Assembly (NCBI GenBank): GCA_024644345.1
Contig: JAHELE010000005.1
Coordinates: 1 to 59,063, forward strand
Reading direction: 5' to 3'
Source of the DNA: Actinomycetes bacterium
GTDB taxonomy: Bacteria; Actinomycetota; Actinomycetes; JAHEKZ01
DNA length: 59,063 nt
A program made the translations under genes and the position numbers. The notes beneath the pieces are model-generated. The model ran no database searches. It had not been told where the DNA came from and was given only the letters and a program-made list of their open reading frames with translations. This document shows positions 31,387 to 40,869 of this stretch, in pieces. Within the stretch, counting starts at the first letter, position 1. Every line of letters begins with the position of its first letter.

Positions 31387-32059
31387 TGTCACTGACCGGG
31401 TCGGCGTCGGAGTCGCTGTCTGCGACCGGGACCCGCTGTGGTGGTGCCTTCGTGAGCACCAGGTAGCTCGCCCACGCGACGAGCGCAAAGATCGGCCACC
31501 CCATCGCCAGCTTCACCCAGCCGAGCACGACGGTCATGCCCAACAGGTAGAGCGGAAGCTGGACTCCGAACCGGACAGCGAACATGCCGAACCAGAGCCA
31601 GGTCACCTGCGTGTAGGCGCGGCGGCGCGGCGGGTAGTCACGCCAGGTGAAGCCTTCGCCCAGCAGCGGCCCCAGGATCACACCGATCAAGGGCCACCCG
31701 ATGAGGATCGAGACGAGATAGACGACGGCATACCCGCCCTGCCAGATCAGTCCCGGAAGGTAGAAGTTGGCAGCGTTGCCGGTGCGAGAGGCGATGAACG
31801 CCGACAGGGCCACGCCGAACATCCCGCCCAACGCGTACTTGAGGGATCCGCGACGCACGATGCGGACCACCGTCATGACCGCAGCTGTCCCGAGCGCCGC
31901 CCACAGCGCCGGCTCGAGCACCTGACCGTTCACGGTGAAGATGACGATGAAGACCGCGCTGGGCAGCCCGCTCTCGGCGACGCCTAGCTTGCCGCCCAGT
32001 GCGTCCTTGAGGTCGACGCCGGCCGCGGCCCGCTCCTCGTCACCGATCGGGTCGCTCAC
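31364..32059 (-). CDS. DUF3159 membrane protein
   Basis: LGG..G..ESGLP, RTG.A.NFYLPG, WPLIG, VQLPLY and KLAMGWP. Conserved context. Confidence 0.88.
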   Translation of the reverse strand: MSDPIGDEERAAAGVDLKDALGGKLGVAESGLPSAVFIVIFTVNGQVLEPALWAALGTAAVMTVVRIVRRGSLKYALGGMFGVALSAFIASRTGNAANFYLPGLIWQGGYAVVYLVSILIGWPLIGVILGPLLGEGFTWRDYPPRRRAYTQVTWLWFGMFAVRFGVQLPLYLLGMTVVLGWVKLAMGWPIFALVAWASYLVLTKAPPQRVPVADSDSDADPVSDTSGEDAD

Positions 32060-32463
32060 GCCACCACCGGCAGCAGCTCGTACATCGGGTTGTACATGAC
32101 AAAGCCCGACCCGCGGCGGGTCACGCGGCCCGAGGCGATCAGCTCGCGCCCTGGCGTGATGCCGCGGATCGCGCGACGACCGAGGAACACCAGGGTCAGA
32201 ACGTCCGTACCGTCGTAGAGCTCGACTTCCAGGGCCGGCACCTGGGAGCGGCAGCGCAAGGTCAGCGACCGCACCGTCCCGCCCACCCGAACTCCCACCG
32301 CCAGGGGGGCGTCAGCGATCAACGTCGTCTGCAGGGACTGGAACCGGTGACGCAGCTCGTCCGCCTCGATCTCGACCGAGCTGGGGGCAAGACGCTCGGA
32401 CAGCCGCTGCCACCAGGTGGAACGACGCGCGGGGGACGAGGTACCGGTGGCCACAACAGCCAA
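32056..32463 (-). CDS. OB-fold nucleic acid binding domain protein
   Basis: PALEVELYDGT, FLGRRAIRGITPG and YNP.YEL. Start uncertain (32454 or 32463). Confidence 0.85.
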   Translation of the reverse strand: MAVVATGTSSPARRSTWWQRLSERLAPSSVEIEADELRHRFQSLQTTLIADAPLAVGVRVGGTVRSLTLRCRSQVPALEVELYDGTDVLTLVFLGRRAIRGITPGRELIASGRVTRRGSGFVMYNPMYELLPVVA

Positions 32464-32490
32464 GGCTACTCGGCACCGGCCAATGGTCGG

Positions 32491-33177
32491 CTAGGCCACC
32501 GTCGGGTCGTCGGCGCCACCGGGCCGGTCCGGGATCTGGGCATCGCTGGGCATGGCGAGCGGCAGTGGGTCGCGCGGAGGCGCAGCGTGGCTACCGCGCT
32601 CGACCTGGACGCTGCGAAATATCTCCTCGACACCCCCGGCCCTGGCACTGTCGGTGGCACCCGGCCCGGTCACCACACCGCGCAGGAACCAACGATCGCC
32701 ATCACGGCCCATGAAGCGCACCGGCTGCCGGTTGGAGTCGCCACCTTCCTCCGAGAACACGATCTCGGCCTGGATCTCGCGGCCGAACGGGCCGTCGACC
32801 TCTCGCGCCTTGCCCTGCCCCCCGCGGATTCCTTCGGCGATCTCCTGGCGCACGTCGTCCCAGAGGCTCTCAGACCTGGGGGCAGCGAACGCCTGCAGCT
32901 GCAGCAGTGACTCATCGACCACGACACCCACCCCCACCACGTTCTGCTCGTCGTCGAGCTCGGCGCGGACCTCCATCCCCACGACGGTGGGGACCTTCAG
33001 CGCACCGAAGTCGAGCCGTGGACCGGCATCGTCCCCGAACTCAGCCTCCGGCGCAGGCGTCGGACGCTCGTCGTCCTCATCGACGGCGTCGGCGTCCTTC
33101 CGGTCGAACTGCTCACTGATCGCCGCCTGAAAAGCCTGCTCCTCAGGCGTCGGTGACTTCTTACGAAAGAGCGACAT
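32491..33177 (-). CDS. DUF3710 family protein
   Basis: LDFGALKVP, LQAFAAPRS..LWDDVR, GPFGRE and DGDRWFLRGV. GGAGG RBS before ATG 33177. Confidence 0.9.
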   Translation of the reverse strand: MSLFRKKSPTPEEQAFQAAISEQFDRKDADAVDEDDERPTPAPEAEFGDDAGPRLDFGALKVPTVVGMEVRAELDDEQNVVGVGVVVDESLLQLQAFAAPRSESLWDDVRQEIAEGIRGGQGKAREVDGPFGREIQAEIVFSEEGGDSNRQPVRFMGRDGDRWFLRGVVTGPGATDSARAGGVEEIFRSVQVERGSHAAPPRDPLPLAMPSDAQIPDRPGGADDPTVA

Positions 33178-33682
33178 CGGGACTTCCTCCAGGTAGTGAC
33201 GTGCTCGGGTCGGTGTTCGCTGATCCGCCGGTCGAGCCGAAACCACCGGCGGCCCGGGCCGATCCCGGAAGCCGGTCGACCTCGTGGAGCACCACCCGCT
33301 CCACCCGCTGCACCACCAGCTGGGCTATTCGGTCGCCTCGGCGAATCGCCACCGCGTTGTTGGCATCGAGATTGACCAGAGCGACCTTGACCTCACCTCG
33401 GTATCCCGCGTCGATGGTCCCGGGCGCGTTGGCGACGGTCAGCCCCTGACGGATCGCCAGGCCACTGCGGGGGTGGACGAACGCGGCATAGCCATCCGGG
33501 AGCGCGATCGAGATTCCCGTGGGAAGCAGCACCCGTTCCGCTGGAGCGATGTCGGCGTCGATCGTCGAGAGCAGGTCGAGGCCGGCATCCCCCGGATGGG
33601 CATACGTCGGCAACGGGAGGTCGACGTCGAGTCGAACGACGAGGACGTCGACTGCGGTCGCACCATGCCCACCGCCGGTCAC
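33161..33682 (-). CDS. dut: dUTP diphosphatase
   Basis: GDAGLDL, HPRSGLA, GTIDAGYRGE, RIAQL and R..GGFGSTG. Confidence 0.97.
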   Translation of the reverse strand: MTGGGHGATAVDVLVVRLDVDLPLPTYAHPGDAGLDLLSTIDADIAPAERVLLPTGISIALPDGYAAFVHPRSGLAIRQGLTVANAPGTIDAGYRGEVKVALVNLDANNAVAIRRGDRIAQLVVQRVERVVLHEVDRLPGSARAAGGFGSTGGSANTDPSTSLPGGSPDVALS

Positions 33683-34281
33683 GGGTTGACCTCAAATGCG
33701 TGCAGCACCTCGGTCTCGTCGTGACTGGCCACAAAGCTGTCGATGTCGGACGCCCGACCGTGCTCACGAAAGTGCTCGAGCGGAACCGACACGAAGACCG
33801 ACCTCGCGGTGACCGCAAGTAGGCCGGTCGCTCCGTCGGGAGTGACCAGGTGTCCTGCAGCCCGCGAGTAGATCTTGCGACCGGCGACGGCGTAGCACTC
33901 GGCATCGACCGAGAGGGTCGATCCGACGGGGACCGGCTGCCGGTAGTCGGTCTCGAGGTGGACCGTCACCACGGGCACCCGCAGGAGCCAGGTGACGGCC
34001 CCCAGTGCCTCGTCGAACGCGGCCGCCAGAAGACCTCCGTGGGCAAGTCCGGGAGCGCCTTGATGGTGCTCGGTGACCTGCAGCTCGGCGTGGATCGTGC
34101 ACCCTTCCCCGGCTGTCAACGTCAGGTGCAGACCCGTGGGGTGGTCGGGCCCGCAGCCGAAACACTGCCGGTAGTGGCTGCCGAGCGAGGTTCCGGGAGG
34201 TGGGGCGTCGACGTGCCGGGTGGGGGGCACAGCATGAGCCGGAGGCTCGATGGGGCGCCTGCGAGGGGGCTGCTCGGTCAC
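33679..34281 (-). CDS. PaaI/hotdog-fold thioesterase
   Basis: CFGCG and HQGAPGLAHGG..AAAFDE. Confidence 0.88.
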   Translation of the reverse strand: MTEQPPRRRPIEPPAHAVPPTRHVDAPPPGTSLGSHYRQCFGCGPDHPTGLHLTLTAGEGCTIHAELQVTEHHQGAPGLAHGGLLAAAFDEALGAVTWLLRVPVVTVHLETDYRQPVPVGSTLSVDAECYAVAGRKIYSRAAGHLVTPDGATGLLAVTARSVFVSVPLEHFREHGRASDIDSFVASHDETEVLHAFEVNP

Positions 34282-34331
34282 GTTCGGACCCTACCCGCGC
34301 CGGAGCTAGTCGCGGGTGCCACCCTGGTGCC

Positions 34332-34865
34332 GTGCCGAGGTCCGAAGGCGTGGCGTACCGCGAACGGCTCACTCCACCCTGGTGGGCGTGGCTGCTTGCG
34401 GGGTTCTGGGCGCTCACCCTGGCGATCGCCTACGGGTACGCGATCGTCCCGGCAGCGGGAATCGCGGTGGGCGGTGCCGCCTTCGCGCTGGCTGCCCTGG
34501 GGTTCGCACGCGCCTCCACTGCGGTCGTCGTCGACGATGACGGACTGACGGCCGGGGCGGCACACCTGCCGTGGGGCGCCGTCGGCACGGTGACCGTTCT
34601 GGACGCCGCGGCAGCCAAGCATCGACGCGGAGTCGGTGGTGACCCGCGCGCCTTCCTGCTGCTGCGCGGCTGGATCTCAACGGCGGTCACAGTCGGCGTT
34701 GTCGACCCCGGCGACCCCACGCCCTACTGGTTCGTGTCGACCCGCGCTCCCCTACGCCTCGCAGAGACGCTGGAGTCGAGCCCGAGGCGGGTGTCCGGGC
34801 GCAGCCAGCCGTCCGACGTGACAGGATCGAGCGGGTCGTCGTCGGTCGAGGAAGGAACGTCGTGA
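34332..34865 (+). CDS. DUF3093 family protein
   Basis: YRERL.PPWWAW, AGAAHLP and DPGDPTPYWFVSTR. Confidence 0.88.
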   Translation: MPRSEGVAYRERLTPPWWAWLLAGFWALTLAIAYGYAIVPAAGIAVGGAAFALAALGFARASTAVVVDDDGLTAGAAHLPWGAVGTVTVLDAAAAKHRRGVGGDPRAFLLLRGWISTAVTVGVVDPGDPTPYWFVSTRAPLRLAETLESSPRRVSGRSQPSDVTGSSGSSSVEEGTS

Positions 34866-35110
34866 GCGCATCAAAGGACTCAGCAGGTCCGCCGCAGGTG
34901 GTCGTCACCCTGGTCGCCCTCGCCGCCGGGCTGGTCGCCCAGAAGGCCGTGAGCGCGGGATGGCGGTTCGTCCGCGGGACCGACCCCACCGACGACGACG
35001 ACAACTCGCTGCCGGAGATCTTGGTGTTCGCCGCCGTCAGCGCCGCGACCGTCGCGGTCGCGAAGAACTGGGCCACGCACCGGGCCAAGCAGATCTCGGC
35101 CTCTGACTAG
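34862..35110 (+). CDS. DUF4235 family small membrane protein
   Basis: AGLVAQKAVSAGWRFVRGTDP..D..LPEILVFAAVS. GTGA overlap with the previous gene. Confidence 0.85.
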   Translation: MSASKDSAGPPQVVVTLVALAAGLVAQKAVSAGWRFVRGTDPTDDDDNSLPEILVFAAVSAATVAVAKNWATHRAKQISASD

Positions 35111-35128
35111 CGGCCCCGAACGGGGCCG
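35111..35128. terminator. Hairpin between convergent DUF4235 and DUF4193 genes
   Basis: CGGCCCC-GAAC-GGGGCCG. Confidence 0.6.
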
Positions 35129-35140
35129 AACCGGCTGACC

Positions 35141-35437
35141 TCAGGCGCAGTCCTTGCAGACCGGCTGGCCACTGACCTTCTTGGCGAACTGGCTGCGGTG
35201 ATGCACCAGGAAGCAGCGCGAGCAGGTGAACTCGTCCTCCTGCTTCGGAACGACGCGAACGGTCAGCTCTTCACCGGACAGGTCCGCGCCGGGCAGCTCG
35301 TGCGACTCCGCCAGCTCGGTCTCGTCGACGTCGACGGTCGAGGAAGCAAGATCGGCGCGTCGAGCCTTGAGCTCTTCGAGGCTGTCCTCGGAAAGCTCGT
35401 CGTCGGTCTTGCGGGGGGTGTCGTAATCGGTTGCCAT
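35141..35437 (-). CDS. DUF4193 family protein (C-terminal Zn-finger-like)
   Basis: MATDYDTPR, ELPGADLSGEEL, EFTCSRCFLVHHRSQ and CKDC. AAGGAGG RBS. Confidence 0.93.
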   Translation of the reverse strand: MATDYDTPRKTDDELSEDSLEELKARRADLASSTVDVDETELAESHELPGADLSGEELTVRVVPKQEDEFTCSRCFLVHHRSQFAKKVSGQPVCKDCA

Positions 35438-35472
35438 GGGTTCAGGACCCCTCCTTCGAGGATCCGCTACTC

Positions 35473-35499
35473 CTATCGGTTCCGGTAGCTGCCGGTGTA
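35473..35499 (-). promoter_or_regulatory. sigma28/WhiG-like promoter candidate for DUF4193
   Basis: Minus-strand TACA-N15-ACCGATAG, 36 bp upstream of the ATG. Confidence 0.4.
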
Positions 35500-35658
35500 A
35501 CACATCAGACGGGTAATTTCTGCCCGAACGTTCCCTCAGCCAGCCGGGGCTCGGGGGGAGATTGTGCCCTAGCCTGCCCCTGCACGTCGCGTCGGACGCG
35601 ATCTCGGCGCGTCCGACGGGCGAAATCTTGGTGACGACCCGGACGAGAGAGGCCCAGC

Positions 35659-36177
35659 ATGGCGATATATGCGCTCGGTGACCGTACGCCCACGATCCAC
35701 CCCGAAGCCTTTGTCCACCCGGACGCCGTGGTCATCGGAGCGGTCGACCTCGGCCCAGAGGCCAGTGTCTGGCCGGGAGCGGTGCTTCGCGGCGACTACG
35801 GAACGATCTCGGTCGGGGCGCGCACGTCCGTGCAGGACGGGGCCGTCATCCACGCAACCGCCGAGCTCAGCACCGTGATCGGGGCTGGGTGTGTGATTGG
35901 TCACCTTGCCCACCTGGAGGGCTGCGTGGTCGAGGACGGATGCCTGATCGGATCGGGCTCCATCGTGCTCCACCGGGCCACCGTGCGCACCGGAGCGCTG
36001 GTGGGAGCCGGGGCAGTCGTGTCAGGTGGGACCGAGGTCCCGGCCAGGGCGATGGCGCTCGGGGTCCCGGCGAGCATCCGCGCCGACTCGGTGCACGACA
36101 ACGCCTTCGACGAGAGCGTGGCCCTGTACGTCGCCAACGGCCATCGCTACCGCGGGGAGCTTCGCCGCCTCGACTGA
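35659..36177 (+). CDS. Gamma-carbonic anhydrase family (hexapeptide repeat) protein
   Basis: VWPGAVLRGD, VQDGAVIH, GH.AHLEGC and GVPA. Confidence 0.9.
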   Translation: MAIYALGDRTPTIHPEAFVHPDAVVIGAVDLGPEASVWPGAVLRGDYGTISVGARTSVQDGAVIHATAELSTVIGAGCVIGHLAHLEGCVVEDGCLIGSGSIVLHRATVRTGALVGAGAVVSGGTEVPARAMALGVPASIRADSVHDNAFDESVALYVANGHRYRGELRRLD

Positions 36178-36194
36178 CGGGCCCCGCATCCACG

Positions 36195-36995
36195 CTAGGG
36201 CCAGGCACCGACCTCGGTGAGCAGCTGCTCCAGCTGACCAGCAAGGGCCGGACCGGAGGCAACCACCGAGCCGTCGGGGCGTTCGGAGACAACCGCCCCG
36301 GCCTCGCGTGCGATCAGTCCCCCTGCCGCCATGTCCCACGGTTGCAGACCTTTTTCGAAGTAGGCGTCAACGCGGCCGGCCGCGACCGAGCACAGGTCGA
36401 CCGCAGCAGCTCCTGCCCGGCGAATGTCGCGTACCCGTCCGACCAGCCGCCCCACAGCCATGCCCTGCTTCGACCGCACCGACGCGTCGTAGGCAAACCC
36501 GGTCGCCACCAACGCCTGGGTGAGGTCGGCGCAGTCCGTGGGCCGGAGCCGACGGCGGGTCCCCTCCTCGTCGCTCCAGGATCCCTGCCCACGGCTGGCC
36601 GAGAACAGCGTGGCCGACGACGGCACCATCACCGCGGCGCCGACCACCTCCCCCCGCCACACTGCAGCAATGCTGACGGCCCAGCCGGGCAGGCCGTACA
36701 GGAAGTTGACCGTCCCGTCGATGGGATCCACGACCCACTCCAGGTCGGCCCCGGTGCCGACGGCGCGCCCCGACTCCTCCCCCCACCACCCGGCACCTGG
36801 GTAGGCCGAGAGCAGCCGGTCGCGAATCAGTTCTTCGGCCTCGCGGTCGGCAGCGGTCACCACGTCGGTCGGACCTGTCTTGGTGTCGGACGCCACCGAT
36901 TCGCGGTCCCGTCTCCACTGCAGCAGGTGCCCCCCGACCTCCCGCGCGGTCGCCGAGCAGAGCGCCCCCAGGGCCTGGGCGTCCGGGGCGTTCAC
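36195..36995 (-). CDS. suhB: Inositol monophosphatase family protein
   Basis: DVVTAAD, GEE, WVVDPIDGTVNF, RRAGAAAVDL and WDMAAG. GTGA overlap with the hemH stop. Confidence 0.9.
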   Translation of the reverse strand: MNAPDAQALGALCSATAREVGGHLLQWRRDRESVASDTKTGPTDVVTAADREAEELIRDRLLSAYPGAGWWGEESGRAVGTGADLEWVVDPIDGTVNFLYGLPGWAVSIAAVWRGEVVGAAVMVPSSATLFSASRGQGSWSDEEGTRRRLRPTDCADLTQALVATGFAYDASVRSKQGMAVGRLVGRVRDIRRAGAAAVDLCSVAAGRVDAYFEKGLQPWDMAAGGLIAREAGAVVSERPDGSVVASGPALAGQLEQLLTEVGAWP

Positions 36996-38104
36996 GGGGC
37001 CGGGGTCGCGTCGGATCCGGCAACGGCTGGATGCGGGTCGCGAAGGTTGGGGCAGCACCCGGCTGCACACCGGTCCGGGCTGGCCGGCAACCCCCCGACT
37101 CGACGGCGTTCCGGGGGCGGTACCCCGTCGAGCCGTTCGCGCACGAGCTCACCCACCATCGCCACCGTGCGTGGATCACTTCCCGGCGTCGCGACCCGGA
37201 CCATGGGCAGTCCGACCTCGTCAGCTGTTGCTCGTGCCTGGGTGTCGAGGTCCCAGAGCACCTCCATGTGGTCTGACACGAATCCGATGGGTATGACGAC
37301 GGCTGCGGTGCAGCCGGAGGCGGCCAGCCCGCGCAGGTGCTCGTCGATATCAGGCTCCAGCCAGGGGATGTGGGGCGGGCCGCTCCTGGACTGGTAGACG
37401 AGATCCCACTCGAGGTGGCAACCGGTGCGTTCGGCAACGGCGGCAGCGACCCACGTGGCCACGTCGCGATGCTGCTGGACATAGGCGCCACCCGGCAGCC
37501 CCGTGCCGGCTCCGCTGCTGTCGGCCATGGCCACGGGGATCGAGTGGGTGGTGAAGACCAGTCGCGCGCCCGAGCGGGTCGCCTCATCGAGTCCACGAAC
37601 GGCGTCCGAGGCGGCATCGGCGAAGGGCTCGACGAAGCCGGGGTGGTTGAAGTAGGGGCCAAGGCGTTCGATCCTTGGACCGCCGCCGATCTCGGTGAGT
37701 GCAGCAGCAAGGTTCTCGCGGTACTGCCGACATCCGCTGTAGGACGAGTAGGCCGAGGTGAAGAAGGCCAGAACGCGGTGGACGCCGTCGGCACGCATCT
37801 GCCGCAGGGTGTCGGCCAGAAACGGGGTCCAGTTCCGGTTTCCCCAGTAGACCGGCAGCTCGATGCCGTGGCGCGGCAGCTCGTCGCGCACAGCGGCGAT
37901 GAACTCCCGGTTCTGCCCGTTGATCGGGCTCACACCGTCGAAGTGGAAGTAGTGCTGCCCGACCTCGCGAAGCCGCTCGTCGGGGATCCCTCGCCCTCGC
38001 GTCACGTTCTGCAGAAACGGAACGACGTCGTCTGGCCCCTCAGGACCCCCGAATGACACCACGAGCAACGCGTCGACGTCGGTGCCCTTCGCCCCATCAG
38101 TCAT
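36992..38104 (-). CDS. hemH: Ferrochelatase (coproporphyrin ferrochelatase CpfC)
   Basis: SFGGPEG, GVSPIN, WGNRNW, SYSGCRQY, HSIP, YQSRSG, WLEPD and DHMEV. Confidence 0.95.
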   Translation of the reverse strand: MTDGAKGTDVDALLVVSFGGPEGPDDVVPFLQNVTRGRGIPDERLREVGQHYFHFDGVSPINGQNREFIAAVRDELPRHGIELPVYWGNRNWTPFLADTLRQMRADGVHRVLAFFTSAYSSYSGCRQYRENLAAALTEIGGGPRIERLGPYFNHPGFVEPFADAASDAVRGLDEATRSGARLVFTTHSIPVAMADSSGAGTGLPGGAYVQQHRDVATWVAAAVAERTGCHLEWDLVYQSRSGPPHIPWLEPDIDEHLRGLAASGCTAAVVIPIGFVSDHMEVLWDLDTQARATADEVGLPMVRVATPGSDPRTVAMVGELVRERLDGVPPPERRRVGGLPASPDRCAAGCCPNLRDPHPAVAGSDATPAP

Positions 38105-38183
38105 GGAGGCATCTTGGCAGCAAAGCCGATGATTCGCGCTGCCCACGGCGCCCGAGGCGCAACCTCGCCGATACCGTGACCGA

Positions 38184-39407
38184 ATGGCCAGTCCGTACGC
38201 TCAGCTGCTACGGACGCCGCACGCCTGGCCCTTCTCACTCGCGGGGTTCTTCGCCCGCCTTCCGTTGGCCATGGGCGGCCTCGCCCTGTTCCTCCTGATG
38301 GCCGACATCACCGACTCGTACTACCTCGCCGGTGCCGTCGACGCGACATACATCCTGGTCGGGTCACTCGCCGCTCCAGCCATCGCCATCTTGATCGACC
38401 GCTACGGACAGCGCCGCGTGATCGGTCCGCAGATCACCGTCCATGTTCTGGGCATCGTCACCTTGCTGCTACTGGCCGCCTCTGACGCGCCACTCCCGGC
38501 GTTCTTCCTCGCCGCAGCTGTGTCGGGGGCCGCGTTACCTGTGGTCGGGGCCGCCGTGCGGGCCAGGTGGTCGTACGTCCTGGGCACCTCTCCCCTGCTC
38601 CGCTCGGCCTACTCGTGGGAGTCCGTGGTCGACGAGTTCGTCTTCATCGTCGGGCCGCCGCTCGCGGCGGGCGTGGCAGCCAGCGTCGGAGCCCCGTCGG
38701 CCCTGGCGCTCACCGCCGTGATCGGCGCCAGCGGCACGGCCGCGTTCCTCGCTCAGCGGTCGACCGAGCCCGCGCCACAGTCCGGCCACCGCTTCGGCGG
38801 CCGCCTGGCCATCGCCTACCCCGGAATGCCGGCGGTGCTGGTGGTCATGACGATGCTCGGCGTGGTGTTCGCCGGGGTCGAGGTGACGGTGATCGCCACG
38901 GCCCGGGAGGGCGGCAGCATCGCGGCCGCCGGCGTGGTGTTGGCCCTCTGGTCGGTCAGCTCGATGCTCTCCGGCCTCGTGATCGGAGGTATGCAACGCC
39001 TCCCCCCGTTGCACGTCCAGCTGGTGGCTGGAACCGCAGCAACCGCACTGCTGCTGGCCCCCCTGCTGGTCGTGCAGTCGCTGCCCGGGATCGCTGCGGT
39101 GCTTCTCTTCGCCGGTGCCGGGGTCTCACCTGCCCTCATCGCCGGGTTCGCGCTGGCGGCGCGCCTTGTTCCCAGCACTGCTCTCACACAGTCGCTCACC
39201 TGGAGCTCAACGGCGATCGGCGTGGGGTTTGCCATCGGGTCGCCGGCGAGCGGCCGTCTCGTCGACGAGATCTCGATCAATGCCGGCTTCTGGGTGGCGA
39301 TGACCGCTGGAGTAGTCGCCACGCTCGCAGGACTGATCGGACTGCGCAGCACGGCCCACGAGTACTCCGATCCTGGGGAGACCGCCGAGGGCGTGCCCGA
39401 GGTGTGA
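38184..39407 (+). CDS. MFS transporter
   Basis: About 12 TM helices; motif A IDRYGQRR; ESVVDE.VFIVGP. Confidence 0.9.
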   Translation: MASPYAQLLRTPHAWPFSLAGFFARLPLAMGGLALFLLMADITDSYYLAGAVDATYILVGSLAAPAIAILIDRYGQRRVIGPQITVHVLGIVTLLLLAASDAPLPAFFLAAAVSGAALPVVGAAVRARWSYVLGTSPLLRSAYSWESVVDEFVFIVGPPLAAGVAASVGAPSALALTAVIGASGTAAFLAQRSTEPAPQSGHRFGGRLAIAYPGMPAVLVVMTMLGVVFAGVEVTVIATAREGGSIAAAGVVLALWSVSSMLSGLVIGGMQRLPPLHVQLVAGTAATALLLAPLLVVQSLPGIAAVLLFAGAGVSPALIAGFALAARLVPSTALTQSLTWSSTAIGVGFAIGSPASGRLVDEISINAGFWVAMTAGVVATLAGLIGLRSTAHEYSDPGETAEGVPEV

Positions 39408-39420
39408 CATTCTTGCGGCC

Positions 39421-40221
39421 ATGGCAGATCTACGACTGGTCGGCATCACCGACGACGGCGCTCGGTTGATCCTCGAGCGTGCGGACGGCGAGCGTGAACA
39501 CGTCGTGGTCGACGAGCGCCTGCGCTCATTGCTGATCCGGCGGTCGACCGCGGCAACGCAGACCCAGATCGATCTGGAGAGTCGGCTCACGCCTCGCGAG
39601 ATCCAGGCCCGGATCCGGGGTGGTCAAAGCATGCAGGAGGTCGCGAACGAGGCAGGCATCACCGTCGAACGCGTGGAACGGTTCGCCGGCCCGATCCTGC
39701 ACGAACGCGAGCACATCGCCCAAGAGGCGGCCAAGGTGAGTGTCGGACGCGACGACCACGGCGCCGTCATGCTGCTCGGCGAGCTCGTCGGCCAGCGTCT
39801 CGAAGCACGCGGCGTACCCCGGGACGGGATGCAGTGGGACGCCTGGCGCCGCGACGACGGTGGCTGGGAAGTTCGGCTCGACTACCTGGCCGGCGGCAAG
39901 GAGCGCTCGGCTGAGTGGGTGTACGACCCGGCGCGGCGCACCATGACTGCTGATGACGACGAAGCCCGCTGGCTGATCGAGGAAGAGACCGGAGCGGCCG
40001 TTACACCGCTGCGATCGGTTCGCGTCGAAGAGGCCGTCGAGGAGCCACCTGGCGATGAGGCAGTTGTCGACGAGCCAGTGAAGTCAGGCACCCAGGAGGC
40101 GATCGACACCCTGCTCAAGGGACGCGAGACCGTTCCCGACTCACCGCCGGCCAAGCGGAAGAAAAAGGCGTCGGTCCCCAGCTGGGATGAGATCTTGTTC
40201 GGCTCGCGCAAGCCCGAGTAG
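39421..40221 (+). CDS. sepH: Septation protein SepH (DUF3071)
   Basis: LRLVG, LTPREIQARIRGG, VERFAGPILHERE, WDAWRR.DG.W and C-terminal VPSWDEILFG. Confidence 0.92.
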   Translation: MADLRLVGITDDGARLILERADGEREHVVVDERLRSLLIRRSTAATQTQIDLESRLTPREIQARIRGGQSMQEVANEAGITVERVERFAGPILHEREHIAQEAAKVSVGRDDHGAVMLLGELVGQRLEARGVPRDGMQWDAWRRDDGGWEVRLDYLAGGKERSAEWVYDPARRTMTADDDEARWLIEEETGAAVTPLRSVRVEEAVEEPPGDEAVVDEPVKSGTQEAIDTLLKGRETVPDSPPAKRKKKASVPSWDEILFGSRKPE

Positions 40222-40234
40222 CCGGCCGAGTACG

Positions 40235-40828
40235 TCAGCGGCTGGTGACCTGCGACAAGGTGCGGGCGAACGCGACCGCCTGCTCGACGCCTTCAACTCC
40301 ATCGGCGGCAACGGAGACCCGCACCGAGAAGTCGTCGACCGTCGAACTTCCCGTGTAGCCGTGGTCGGCCTCGCAGTCCGGGTCGCCACACGTTGCGGGC
40401 TCGAGGTCAAGCCGAGTGATCGCTCCCCAGCCCGCACTGATGACCACCTCTCGCGGAAGCGCGCCGGCGTCGTGGCTGGCGGGGTCGTCGACCACGTGGC
40501 TGACGACGACCGAGGTGAGCCGGTCGATGCGCACCGCCTCGGTACTGGTGGCCGCATGGGGCTGGCCGGTCATCTCATCAGCCGGATAGTCGTCGGTGTG
40601 GCCGATGACGAGCCGAGTCGGGGTCAGCAGGACGACGGTCAGGTGACGCTTGAGCTCATCGCGGTCGAACGTGGCCTCGTGGTGTACGAGGAACGAGGTG
40701 ATGGGTTCGTCGGCCACTGCCAGGACCAGCGAGTGCAGCACCACGTTGGGGTAGTAGCCGCACCGCTCAACGGCCGTCCTGAGATCGCTCTGTTGCTGGG
40801 CGGGTGTCGTCACCGGAAGATCGGTCAT
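40235..40828 (-). CDS. DUF5998 family protein
   Basis: GYYP, HHEATFD, RHLTV, GWG and DLEPATCGDPDCEADHGYTG. Confidence 0.88.
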   Translation of the reverse strand: MTDLPVTTPAQQQSDLRTAVERCGYYPNVVLHSLVLAVADEPITSFLVHHEATFDRDELKRHLTVVLLTPTRLVIGHTDDYPADEMTGQPHAATSTEAVRIDRLTSVVVSHVVDDPASHDAGALPREVVISAGWGAITRLDLEPATCGDPDCEADHGYTGSSTVDDFSVRVSVAADGVEGVEQAVAFARTLSQVTSR

Positions 40829-40869
40829 GACCCCCATTGTGGCACCGGCCACCCACGACGTAGCCCAGG

